Source of the DNA: Saprolegnia diclina VS20
Taxonomy: Eukaryota
Reading direction: 5' to 3'
Assembly (NCBI RefSeq): GCF_000281045.1
Contig: NW_008246090.1
Location: forward strand, 347,704 to 403,085
DNA: 55,382 bases
The position numbers and the translations under genes were made by a program. The notes below the pieces were generated by a model. That model made no database searches. It was given only the letters and a program-made list of their open reading frames with translations, and was not told the origin of the DNA. Numbering within the stretch: the stretch's first letter is position 1; the number at the start of each line of letters is the position of its first letter. Of this stretch, positions 1 through 10,858 are shown piece after piece.

Positions 1-217
1 CATTTGGAGCTTTCAAGGTGGCATTTTCACGCGACCACTGGACAAAATAGGCTCCTGGCTAGCTAAAGTCGCTGCTTCTTGGCCGATTCGAGCTGCTGCT
101 CCAACGACTATGTATGTAGAAACCCACGTCCTTCTCCCACTACTTATCGACCCTTTGAGCCTTTACGTAATTTGAGGTGGCGGAAGTAGTAACAAATAAC
201 AAACAGGAACTAAATCA

Positions 218-1018
218 TTATACTCTTTGGGATGCAATCGATGCGACAATGAGAGCGCGGGATCGGTTGCTGGAAATGTCGACGGCGCAAACCGCTTCAA
301 AGAGCCGTGTCGCGTCCACGAGGTATGCGCCGTAGCCATCGTTGACGTCGAAGATCGCGACGAGGTTCTCGTCGTCGAGGAAGCCAACGACGTTGGAGAA
401 GTGGCCGCTCACGACTCCCAACGGAAGGTTCCACGGCAGCCAGAGCGGCCCCGTACCTGACAACGTGGCGTGTAAAAAATTGACGGCGACGCGGTGGTTC
501 TCGTCATTGGCGAGGCGCAGCGCCGCACAGAACGCGTCAACGCCGTCGCTGCCATAGACGACCTGTGTCGAGGTCACAAGGCCGTGGCTATGGCGGAGCA
601 GCGCGTCGGCAAACTGAGCTGCCGTTGCGGCGCCGCCTCGCGCGGGTGGTAGCTGCGAGGGCAACACGAGTGGCAGCGATTTCAGCAGGTTGCGCTGCGT
701 CGCAACCGAGCAGTAGCCTTCGCGCGCTTGGTACTCGAGCCCCCCGCGACGGTAGAGCTGCCCGACAGGCGTCGCAAACACGCGGCCGAGGCGGGCCGGG
801 TCCTTGTAGTACGGCGTTTTCTCGAACGCGTCGTACGAAGCCGCGCGAACGACAGGCCGTAGCACCTCGCGCTTGAAGAGACCGAGAAAGAGCAGGATGG
901 GCAGGCACAGAAGTGCAATCAGTGGGCCAATGACGAGGCCAAAGACAAGGCCGCCAGCGGCGCGAAGCGCCCATGGCGACGTGTCGGCGCGCGCCGGTGG
1001 CAAGAAGTCTTCGTCCAT
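218..1018 (-). CDS. Phytochelatin synthase-like papain-fold protein with N-terminal hydrophobic segment
   Basis: Single ORF from ATG at 1018 (MDEDFLPP). Motifs YQAREGYCSVAT (Gln and catalytic Cys), GHFSNV (His) and IFDVN (Asp), ending AVDISSNRSRALI, match the phytochelatin synthase catalytic domain pattern. Hydrophobic stretch LVFGLVIGPLIALLCLPILLFLGLF near the N-terminus. Confidence 0.75.
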   Translation of the reverse strand: MDEDFLPPARADTSPWALRAAGGLVFGLVIGPLIALLCLPILLFLGLFKREVLRPVVRAASYDAFEKTPYYKDPARLGRVFATPVGQLYRRGGLEYQAREGYCSVATQRNLLKSLPLVLPSQLPPARGGAATAAQFADALLRHSHGLVTSTQVVYGSDGVDAFCAALRLANDENHRVAVNFLHATLSGTGPLWLPWNLPLGVVSGHFSNVVGFLDDENLVAIFDVNDGYGAYLVDATRLFEAVCAVDISSNRSRALIVASIASQRV

Positions 1019-1301
1019 TCCACGCCCAAATACAAACTGCACACACTCTGCCAATAGGAGTGATGGCAGCGAAAATCAGAGCTTCAAGGTGCGAGGGTAG
1101 TACCACCGAGCTTCGGGCGGCATGACTCTATATCGAGGCTATACGTTCTTACAGCAGTAGCTGATGATGGCAGCTCACGTCTTGAAGACATGTATGCTCC
1201 ACGTGGCAGCATGCAATTCCTTGGAGGCGACGTGGAAGGTTTCATTTTCCCACAAGTGCAATGTCAAACTTGGAAGCTTCGATAGTCGAAGAACTACCAG
1301 C

Positions 1302-1688
1302 ATGGAAACGACGGCGACGCCCGAGACGAACGACGAATGCGACAAGCGCGTGGACGCCAAGCACGTCTTTTGGCGCCCACCACCAAGCAACCAAGAGGAG
1401 AGCGACGCCCCGCCACCGCCATCGCCCGACACGACGGCCAAGAAAGATACCATAGCTCCATCGCTCGACGATCTACGCTTCACGGAAACCGAGGCTGCGC
1501 TCGATGAATGGAAGCAGCGTGTTCAGAGCGACCCGCGGCGGATCTTGGAGGCGCAGCTCGATCGGTGGCAGAGCAACAACGGCCCGGCAAAACGTGCCAC
1601 CAACGACAGTGACAGTGACGACGGTGACGATGATGACGAAGAGATGTACGTGGCCCGCCAGCGCCATTACCTCAAGCAGCGCAAATAA
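1302..1688 (+). CDS. Hypothetical small acidic/low-complexity protein
   Basis: ORF METTATPET...HYLKQRK with coding-like GC3, followed by an AATAAA-like signal at ~1709. No family recognised. Confidence 0.6.
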   Translation: METTATPETNDECDKRVDAKHVFWRPPPSNQEESDAPPPPSPDTTAKKDTIAPSLDDLRFTETEAALDEWKQRVQSDPRRILEAQLDRWQSNNGPAKRATNDSDSDDGDDDDEEMYVARQRHYLKQRK

Positions 1689-1733
1689 CTGGACGCGACT
1701 TGCTCTTGAATAAATACGTCTATCTACAACCTC

Positions 1734-2915
1734 TTATACAAGCTCGAATCGCGAGTCGGGCCGCGATGGCTCGAGACCCTTCCCTTTGCCTTGCTGGCGC
1801 CGGGTGAGGTCCCAGTGCTTGTCGAGCTCGAGGCGGATCTCGCGCCGCTTGCGCTCTTCGACGTCACGCTTGCGCTGGGCATTGGCCTCGGACTCGCGTG
1901 CAAGCCGCTGGGCTTCGAGCACCCGCAGCCGCCGGAGCCGCTCCCGCTCGTCGAACCGCATTGCTTGGGCTTCAGGCAAGGCGTCGTTGCGCAGCCGAGC
2001 AATCTCGATTTCGAGGCGCGCAATCTCCGCGCGTAAGCGGATGGTCGTTCGGCCGAGCTCCGCCTCGCGCGTGCCATCGACGCAGATCTCGTGCGCGGCC
2101 ACCGCGCGTGGCTTTTCAGCGGCTGTTGGCACCGCACGGAGGCGCGTCCGCGCTGCGTGGCGACCGATCACGTACTGGAGGCGGCGCGCGCTGGCTTCCA
2201 TGCGCTCGAGAAACTGAAGGTGTTGGTAAATGCTTGCGAGTCGCTTCACGCGTTGTCGCCGGGTCTTGCGCCGTGCCCACCGCTGCAGCGTCATGGCCGC
2301 GGCGTCGCGAATAAACTGCCAGTAGGTTCGCCACTGGGCTTGAAGGCAGCGCGCGGCCCTCGCTTCCTGCCACGCGCGTGCGCGACACCGTGCGTTTTGG
2401 CGTGTGGTCACCACGCGTTGCCACGTGTGCCACACCCGGCGAACGCACAACACGACGACCGCCCGGCGCCACCACCGCTGTATGCGGCGTGTGGCCCGGA
2501 ACCGGCGCTGCTTGCGTCGCTGGACAAAGTCGCGCCACGCAAGCTGCAAGAGACACGCCGCGTTGTCGCGCAGCCGACGCCAGAGCATGCCATGGTACAC
2601 ACGGCGCCACGCGGACTGGATGACTTCAGCGCTCATGTGCTGGAGGCGCCGCATCGCGCGGTCCATCTCGCGCTCGCGGCGCTTGTCGTCAAGCTCGCGC
2701 TTCTCGTCGAGCGCTCGCCGCAGCAATTCGCTCTTCCACGCCTCGAGGCGCGCCCGTTCTTGAAGCCGCGCCTGGCGCCGCTGGGTGCACGCGAGGACAC
2801 GCCGCCGTCGCTCGAGGGACCCGTCGGCGTAAAAGCGTGCTGCGATCGCCCGCGAAAAGGTGTGGCGTAGCCCGTGCTGCTCGCGGCGCTGCAGGCGCAC
2901 GAGCGTCGCCTCCAT
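1734..2915 (-). CDS. IQ-motif (calmodulin-binding) coiled-coil protein
   Basis: ORF from ATG 2915 (MEATLVRLQ). Repeated IQ-like motifs VIQSAWRR, LLQLAWRD, RIQRWWRR, CLQAQWRT, TLQRWARR, LQYVIGR lie between E/R-rich coiled coils. Confidence 0.7.
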   Translation of the reverse strand: MEATLVRLQRREQHGLRHTFSRAIAARFYADGSLERRRRVLACTQRRQARLQERARLEAWKSELLRRALDEKRELDDKRREREMDRAMRRLQHMSAEVIQSAWRRVYHGMLWRRLRDNAACLLQLAWRDFVQRRKQRRFRATRRIQRWWRRAVVVLCVRRVWHTWQRVVTTRQNARCRARAWQEARAARCLQAQWRTYWQFIRDAAAMTLQRWARRKTRRQRVKRLASIYQHLQFLERMEASARRLQYVIGRHAARTRLRAVPTAAEKPRAVAAHEICVDGTREAELGRTTIRLRAEIARLEIEIARLRNDALPEAQAMRFDERERLRRLRVLEAQRLARESEANAQRKRDVEERKRREIRLELDKHWDLTRRQQGKGKGLEPSRPDSRFELV

Positions 2916-2966
2916 GCTGCCCGTTTCAAAAATACCAACTTTGCTATTTGCGCGTTCATAACAGTC

Positions 2967-5900
2967 ATGCGGCGGTCGCTGCCGCGCCGCCTCCTCTCGA
3001 CCGACGTCGGGGTCGCGCCACCACCGCACCTCGAGCAAGAGACGGTCTTGCCGCGCAAGCCAAAACCGCAGCCGTCCAAGCCATCGACAGCCCGCTACCA
3101 AGTTCTGCGCGCCGAGGCCACCTTGGCCAATACAGGCCACGTGTACGCGGAAGGGTGCTTGCCCGGTGTCTACTTTTACAAGTACCTCGCGTCGATCGCC
3201 GAGCCGAGCAGCCATGGCGACGACGTGCCAGCGCTGCCGCCGCCGTCGCACCTCCAGCTGCGGTGCTGGATTCCCGACACCATCATCTTTGGCGGCGCGT
3301 TCCCGCCCATGTGGCTCTACAGCGACAAGAGTGGCATGATTCGCAAGGTACACGCCTCGTCTGCTTCGTGTGTCTACATATCGGAGCTAGAGCATTGCGT
3401 TTGTCGACAACCAAGTCATGGACAAGCTCGGGAATCGGCGGTTCGAGAACGACCCAGTCGTGCTCTTTAAAGAGCCCGTCGTGACCAAAGCCGGCATTGG
3501 GCACGTCGTCTCGGGCAACCACGTCAAGCTCCTCTCGACGATCGAGCTCCGGTCGGCGCTCACAAAAGCCGTGGGGTCACCCGTGACGTTTGCGCTACAA
3601 AAGTACGTCAAGCCCCGCGGCCCCAAAGCCTTTCTGGTCCGCGCCATCTACAAGGCAGGCAAAGCGCCGACAGGCTGGATGATCAACAACAAGGCGCCTT
3701 TCGAGGCAAAGGACGGCAACGCGACGCCCGACGTCCGGCGGTTCTGCGCGTCGACCGGCGTATACGACGCGTGCTCGTTCGTCAAGCTCTCGGAGCGCGC
3801 GTGCACCGATGTGTACGACATCAACCTACGGGTACGTCTGCCTGTCTCCAGCGTTCCATGACGTGGCAAGGCCCCCTGTAGATTATCAAGTACCTCGAGC
3901 AAGCTCTTCGGGTCGCGCTGGAGCTCTTTGCCGCAGACTTTATCAAGGATGATTTCGGCCAATGGTGGCTCATCCAAGTACGAGATTGTATCAATGTATC
4001 GAGTGCAACCGCGGTTAGGTCAAGGCCTTTCAGCTCAAGCACGTGCGGCTCGGGCGGCCGCACGCGTTTGCGCCCAAGCTCATGGCTGCGTACGAGCGGT
4101 CGCTGGTTGCGGACGACGTCCACGACGACGATGACGCGTCGCGTGTCGACGCCAAGGCCGCGCTCGAGGCCGAGAACGCCAAGGTCCACAAGATGTTTCC
4201 GTGCAAATTCTGTCAAGTGCCGCATTTTCCGTCCGAACTCGCGTACAAGATGACGATGAAGATGATGCACGAGACGATCGCGCGGCTGAGTCTCCGCGCG
4301 GGCAGCGACCAGCTGCACGCGTACCTCTCAGAGCCCAAGTACGACCTTGATGCTGGCCTTTTCTACCAAACGTGGAACGTCTGCAACCTCTGTTATGCGC
4401 TCTACGAGCGCGACCAGCTCCTCCTCCAGGTCGAAGCCAAATTTTCAATCATGCTCGGGTGCCCCGCCAAGCACATGGCGGGCGGCGGTGTCACGTACAT
4501 CACCGAGCACGACGTGTGCAAGTCGCAGCCACTTCTGACCGACATGCCGACAGAGCTCACGCTGTGCCGGCTCATGTTCTTCTTGACAGCGCTCTATGAC
4601 ATTCCAAAGGAGCTGTACGAGTCGGAGCGCGCGCTCGCGGCCGACCCCAAGCCGAAGCGGTCGCGGCTCTATTTGCGCTTCTCGGTGCTCGGCTATGACA
4701 ATTTCATTCCGCTCGACGCGCAAGCGATGCGCATGTCGCCGGCCAAAGACGACAAGTCGTCGTCAGCGCAAAGCTACTGGCTACCGCTCAACGTCATGCG
4801 GTGCTTTCACTGCTTTGCCCCCAAGACGCCGCTCCAGTCAAAGTTGCGCGACAACTCGGGGCTCGGCATCTACCTCGCCGACGAGTCGGCCGTCACGATC
4901 GAGCTCATTCGAACGTCCGACACGGCGCATGTCCATCATGAGAAGCGCGATCGGGTTCAGTGGAGCGCCAACAAGTGGGCGGCCCCCCACCCAATAGGGC
5001 GTCGCAAGCCGGCGCTCACGGCCCCCCCCAACAAGTACAACGTCGTGCTCGGCGCCACCAGCGTCCAAATGTTTCAGTTTCGGTCGTCGTACGTCACCAA
5101 GACGGACGTCTACGCCAGTCTCTCGATGGGTGACCTCTTCAATCTCAAAGGCAACGTCGGCTTGGAGCGGCTCCGCGTGATCCCGACCCGCCACATTCGC
5201 GCGCAGTACAAGCTGCGGCAGTACTGCGGCGTCTACGTGCCGGACACGTCGTTTTGTACCAACGACAAGCTTGCAACCGAGTGGATGGACTCGATTGCCG
5301 ATGCGTTCCAACCCTCGCAGCACGACGACGTGGTCGTGCCAAGAGCCGGCATGGACCACTTTCTCAAGACACTCCATGGCTCGTCGGCGTCCTTGGCATC
5401 GAGCCAAGCGGACAGCGAGCTCGAGGACCTCGTCGAAGCATCCGGTCGCCAGCCGCCGCCATCAACCGCACCCGCACACACGTACAAGTCGCTGCAGCAC
5501 CTCGTCCAGGGCGTAGCCGATGCCTCGTTGGATACGTCGGACGCATCCGACGACGATGACGCGTCGGACAGAGACAATGACGAAGCCGGGCCGCGCGAGC
5601 GATCGTTGAGTGCGTCCAGCTCGTCCTCGGGCCTCTCGACGTGGTGCATCACCATCATGCTCCACCGCATCCACAACTGGAGTCCGTCGCCAGGTCGACG
5701 AGGTTGGGAGGCGCAGTACACGTTTCTCGGCCAGGTAGACATCGGCGATAGTTGGTGCAGTCGCATGACGTGGAAGGTTAGGCTCGTCGGGCAGCGCAGA
5801 AGCTGGACGATGACGATATTGCGCTCCATGGGCATGGCGACGACATTGTGTTTGATTCGACGCACAAGAATTACATCCAAGGCGGCCTCGCGGCCATCCA

Positions 5901-6254
5901 GCGCTTGTACGAAGCCAACGACGGCCGCTGCCGCGTGTCGCTCATCCACTCGGATGACGACGAGCGTCCGTTCGTCGACGTCGAGCTCTCGGGCTTGAAA
6001 GAGTGTCGGACCATCGATGGGACCTTTACGATTCAAACGCACGCCGGCCGCATGGACCACGTACGTCGTCTATGGTTCGCACTGCATCGCGTACGATGTG
6101 GTTGGTGTAGGCGACCAAGTCGACGCAGTACCCTCCCTATTTATCCGTGTCCGTCTACGTCGTGCGCGTCGGCAGTGACGCCAAGAGCGAACGCGGCTTT
6201 GTCGCCAACGGATCGACGCCCGAAGGCCTCGTGCTCCTGAAGCGACTGCCCTAA
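2967..6254 (+). CDS. Multi-exon hypothetical protein with degenerate ATP-grasp/TTL-like N-terminal region and CxxC...CxxC motif
   Basis: Consecutive + frames joined by short GT-AG introns (e.g. ~3348-3390, ~3832-3881, ~3978-4018, ~5735-5781, ~6061-6110). Motifs IPDTIIF, LQKYVKPRG, ELFAADFIKDDFGQWWLIQ|VKAF, CKFC and CNLC. Stop TAA at 6252-6254. Confidence 0.7.
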
Positions 6255-6286
6255 GTCAATAAGGACGTCATCATCGAGACCCGTAT

Positions 6287-7062
6287 TTACTGCTTTAGCG
6301 CCGCGCTCGGGAGGACGGGCGACGCCTTGGGCGCCTCCGGCAGCTGCGACAGCATTGCCTCGAGGCTCTGTGTTGGCGCGTCGGCGAGCTGCGTGTGGAG
6401 GGCGAGGCCGATTTCAGCCAAGACTTGGTCGACGACAAGGTCTTCTTCGACTTCGTCGTCATCAAACTAGCGTCGTTTCATGCAAAAGTATATCGCAAAG
6501 GGACGTACAGCGTCGATGAGCGTGTCGTCGATCATCTCTTGGCCCATGCTCATGAGTTCGCTCTGCTTCTCAAACTCCATGAGGGTCTTCTGGATGCGAC
6601 TCATGTCCATCTGCTTGTTCGCTGCCACCATCGTCTGCATTGTAGATGCATGAGCATCCTCCTTCGCCCGTGCATGAAGAGACTACCTTGGTCGTCTTCT
6701 CCATGGTAGCCACCATGGTCTGCTGCGCCGCCATGGCCTAATCGGACGTAGCCTGAGATGTACGGCAGGGTAAGCCGTCTGCGTACCGAGGCCTGCATGC
6801 CGATGCCGCCGAGGCTCACCTTCATGACCATGAGCTTCTCCTTCTGCGCCCGAATCTGCACAAGCTGCTTGGCGAGGATCTTGGTGCCGGCTTGGTTGCC
6901 GTCCTTGGCCGCCTTCTTGATGTCCACGACGAGCTGCTTCTCCTGCCGCTCCAACGTCATCTTCTCTCGCTCCAGGTCGCGCTGGCCATGCGCGATCTCG
7001 CGCTTCGCCTCTCGCGCCTGCTCTCGCGCTGTCTTCTTCGGCTCCTTCCCAAAGCCAAACAT
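6287..7062 (-). CDS. CHMP2: ESCRT-III subunit, CHMP2/Vps2-like (Snf7 family), multi-exon
   Basis: MFGFGKEPKKTAREQAREAKREI...RDLEREKMTLERQEKQLVVDIKKAAKDGNQAGTKILAKQLVQIRAQKEK is a typical CHMP2 N-terminus. Further exons run to the stop at 6287. Confidence 0.85.
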
Positions 7063-7433
7063 CTCGACTGTCGGCGACTGGCGACGACGAGTGCAGGTCC
7101 TTCAAAATGTAGGTCGTTTTCCCGTATTTTGCTGCATTGACGGAATATTGGAGCATATTACCCGTATATTGCGGAATTTTTGGCTCACCAGCGCGATCCG
7201 CGCCCTTGGACGGAGATGGTCGGCTTGCCATGTATCATCTTCGTTGCCTAGACGCCATTGCTGACATACCTTGCGAGTACAGCGACGTGGTCGGTGTGGG
7301 CGTCAAGGCATCGTGGTGCTCAAGGCGCTGCTTCAACTTGAAGTGATCGTCGTCGCGACGGTCGTAGCGGCTCTGCAATTGCGTGCGTCAACACGATCGA
7401 ATACGAACGCTCTATAGTTTAAGACTCGGGCGG

Positions 7434-8243
7434 CTACGTGCGGCTGCTCATGTACTCGTACATGCTCCACGTGAGCGCGGTTGAGAACGTGCGCTTGAAG
7501 ACACGCGGGACGACGCCGCGCAGGAAGCCTCGCGGGCCTTCTTCGAGGTAGATGCGGCGCAACGTTGCACGCACGGTGATGGCCTGCGTATCCAGCTGCA
7601 TGCGCGTCTTGACAACGTCGGCGGGGTGTACAATGATCGTCGACGCGACGCCGGCAACGATGCCGCACGCAAAGTTGGCAGCCACCCGGTGCTCGTCGGC
7701 GCACACGACGCTGGCCTTGAGGCGCGAGTAGAGCGTGACGTACAAGCCAGAGAATGGCACGTCGCGCATCAGTGTCGGGATGATGCCGCGGTAAAAGCCG
7801 CGGATGCCGTGCTCGGCGGCCATGCGGCGCATCTCGGCAACGATCGCGCCCTTGTCGTGCGACGGCGCGGCCCACTCCATGCGCGCCTTGACGACTGTGA
7901 GCGGCGACATGACAAAGCCCGCAAACGACCGCGCAAAGGCGCCGGCACAAAAGGAGCCGAGGACGTTGAGGTTCTGCGCGTCCAGCTGATGCAACGTGGA
8001 GAAGTAGAGTCCGGCGCCGCCGCAGACACGCAGTAGCGTCGGCGTCGTACCGCGCCAGAGCCCGGCGACGCCCGACTCGGACGCGAGCCGGCGCACGCTC
8101 TCGCGCACCGTGAGGTTCGGACGGCTTGCAAAGCTGCCTTGCTGGTGCGTGCGGATGACGTCGAAGGGCTGGAAGAGGATGGCGGCGAGGCCGCCGGCCA
8201 TGGCGCCGCGGCTAAAGTGCTTCCACTTGTCCTTCTCGGCCAT
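7434..8243 (-). CDS. SLC25A38: Mitochondrial carrier, SLC25A38/Hem25-like (glycine carrier)
   Basis: Three PxD/TxxKxR carrier repeats (QPFDVIRTHQQ, SPLTVVKARME, HPADVVKTRMQ). GLWRGTTPTLLR, GAGLYF and RDVPFSGLY are characteristic of the SLC25A38 clade. Confidence 0.8.
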   Translation of the reverse strand: MAEKDKWKHFSRGAMAGGLAAILFQPFDVIRTHQQGSFASRPNLTVRESVRRLASESGVAGLWRGTTPTLLRVCGGAGLYFSTLHQLDAQNLNVLGSFCAGAFARSFAGFVMSPLTVVKARMEWAAPSHDKGAIVAEMRRMAAEHGIRGFYRGIIPTLMRDVPFSGLYVTLYSRLKASVVCADEHRVAANFACGIVAGVASTIIVHPADVVKTRMQLDTQAITVRATLRRIYLEEGPRGFLRGVVPRVFKRTFSTALTWSMYEYMSSRT

Positions 8244-8335
8244 GTGACGTCGAAGGGCTGGAAGAGGATGGCGGCGAGGCCGCCGGCCATGGCGCCGCGG
8301 CTAAAGTGCTTCCACTTGTCCTTCTCGGCCATGTG
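8156..8335. repeat. Exact 89-bp tandem duplication of the 5' end of the carrier gene
   Basis: 8156-8244 and 8245-8333 are identical (TGACGTCGAAGGGCTGG...TCTCGGCCATG). Confidence 0.95.
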
Positions 8336-9084
8336 CAATGTGGTTGTGCTGCTCGTGTTGTGCGCTTCACCACGCTTCCCGGCGCTTCTATCCGGCGAAA
8401 CGATTATCCGGAGAAATACGTCGCCGACGCATCGAGGGACCACTGCGGTTGTGGAAAGGTGTTGCTGTGAAGGAATTGCCCGTCATCAGCATTCCGTCGA
8501 CGCTCCTTGTCGAGGTAATCACTCGCGAAGTACCTTCACACCCTCTTCTTCGTACCGGTTTCCGACTAGAAGCCAGCACGCCAACGATTCTCTTGGTTGC
8601 AGAGTAGATATTGCCTTGAACAAGACCACGCGATACTGCCCATGCTCCTACGCTGGTTGAAAATCATTCTTATCGCAGTCAAAAATTGCCTCGCAGCTGC
8701 GTTGACTGCGACTACGAAGCCAGCCCTACTCGTATACAAGAGGTCATACAGTGGCAGCGACGGGGACGCCGGTCGCATAGCACTGCGGCAGCTGGAATGC
8801 AGCGCGTGACGCTCCGCATCCTCCGACAGGGTTGGGAACACCGCCGACAGAGTCGCACTGGGTTAACAAGTAAAGTTGTAAAGCGATCGGCACAATGCGA
8901 TTTCGTCCAGTCGTCGCAGGCGACCAGCGTTGCTGCAGATCGCGACGATCTCAACGTTTTCGTGGGCGCCACGCGGTTGAAGTGACGTGACCATCGACCC
9001 AGCGTTGTTTTGAGGGACTTTCCCATCGGTTCAAAGTCGTGGAGGGGACTTTCTGCCAGTTGCGAAAAAGGGCAAATTGATTCC

Positions 9085-10632
9085 ATGGGTATCCTCTCCA
9101 AGCAAGCGCTCGAGGGCATCGCCGCGTACAAGTACAAGCCGTACGTCCATCTTCGTATCCGTCTTCTTATCGGCATCTTATTCGCGCATGGTAGCGGCCA
9201 GTACACGTGGCTGGACCTCCAGCTCAACCACTACTGGAACTTTATGGTCGAGCTCCTCCCGCTCTGGATGGCGCCCAACCTCGTGACACTCACGGGCACG
9301 ATCATCATGGCCGTCACGACCGGCTCGCTCCTCGCGATCTGCCCGCAGTTCATCGGCGCCGCGCCCGCGTGGGCCTACATCGTCTGCGGTCTCGGGCTCT
9401 TTGTCTACCAGACGCTCGACGCCATTGACGGCAAGCAGGCGCGTCGCACGGGCTCGTCAAGCCCGCTCGGCCAACTCTTTGACCACGGTCTGCGATCCAA
9501 GCGTCGCTTTAGCTTTAGCTCACATTGCACTTTTGTAGGCTGCGATGCGCTGAGCACGCTCATCAACATGTTGAGCGCGGTCGCGGCGCTCGAGCTCGGC
9601 CCGTCGTACGCGGCGTACGCGACGATCTGCACGGTCTCCGTCACCTTTTACCTCGCGCAATGGTACAGCGACTGCACATGTGCGCAATGTATGCGAATCG
9701 GACCGTAGGGAAGAGTACCACACTGGCACGATGAGCTGCGGCAATGGCTACTTTGGCGTCACCGAAGGCCAACTCGTGCTTGTCTTTGTGCACTTGCTGA
9801 CCGCGGCAGTCGGTACGACAACTTGTCTTCTTTCCTTTGGACGCTGATGGCCACGTCTTTTAGGCGGTGACTTTTGGCGCCTCGAGGTGCCCTACACGCC
9901 GTACACGTTTGCCGAAGTCCTCGTCGTCTCGTTGGTGCTGAGCAACATCATTCTTTCCTACACCAAGTATTACCTCTTCCTACTGCGAGGACGCGCTATC
10001 TCATGCATCCATAGCATCACCAACGTCTTTTACGCGCCGGCCGACCACCTCCAAGGCGAAGAGCTTGGCAACAAGCAGGTACGAGACCGAGTTGTCGCAT
10101 GTGGCAAACCCTCATGGGTTGCATTAGGTCTCCAAGGCCGTCGCGTTGGCCCAGCTCTTCCCGCCGTTCGCGGTCACGCTCGCCGGCTACCTCTTGATTG
10201 CGGCCTACCGCCCGCAGTACGATGCCTACCCGCTCCTCTTCCTCGTGCCCATTGGCCTCAGCTTTGTCATGTTCTCGGTAAGGACGGACGTGTGCTCGCG
10301 CCGGCTCAGCGCTCTGTCTAGTCGCGCATGATTGTGAGCCATATGTGCAAGGTGCCGTTCACGCCGCAGTTCCGCATCCTCTTCCCGCTCGTTGCTCTCT
10401 TGGCAGCGACGTACTCGCAGTAGGCGAAGATGCTGGCTGCGATGGCCACTCACAAGCATGTACTAGGGTCGAGGCCTTTGCGGCCGTGCCGCCGCTCGTG
10501 GCGCTGACGGGCTACTGCGGCATCGTGCTCTTCATCTACTTTCATTACATGCTCTCGGTCGTCTTTGAGATCTGCGCCCACCTCCAGATCCCGCTGCTCA
10601 CGCTCCCGGCCAAGGCGACCAAGGCCGAGTAG
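9085..10632 (+). CDS. Choline/ethanolamine phosphotransferase (CDP-alcohol phosphatidyltransferase), multi-exon
   Basis: WMAPNLVTLTG and the CDP-alcohol motif DAIDGKQARRTGSSSPLGQLFDHG|CD, then W|EEYHTG. About 8 short GT-AG introns. Confidence 0.9.
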
Positions 10633-10858
10633 ACAGTCCGGATACCTGCGCGCCGATCGCAGCTGGGTTTGTAATTGCCTTAACCAAGTCGGTAGGGCGT
10701 CCACATGTGGCGTGGATTGGCTAGAATATAACGCGTTGGTGGCAAAAGCATTTGATTTAAGGGAATGCGTGTGCGAAAAAAGCCAGCCATTCGCATACGT
10801 TGTTCTATATAAATTTGGACGAACGTTGGCAGCACGCCATTGCCATTTGGCTTGTAGC

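Noticed and set aside
2916..3353. N-terminal extension of the 539-aa ORF 1734..3353
   Set aside because: It begins at a non-ATG codon and overlaps exon 1 of the + strand gene. The likely start is ATG 2915.
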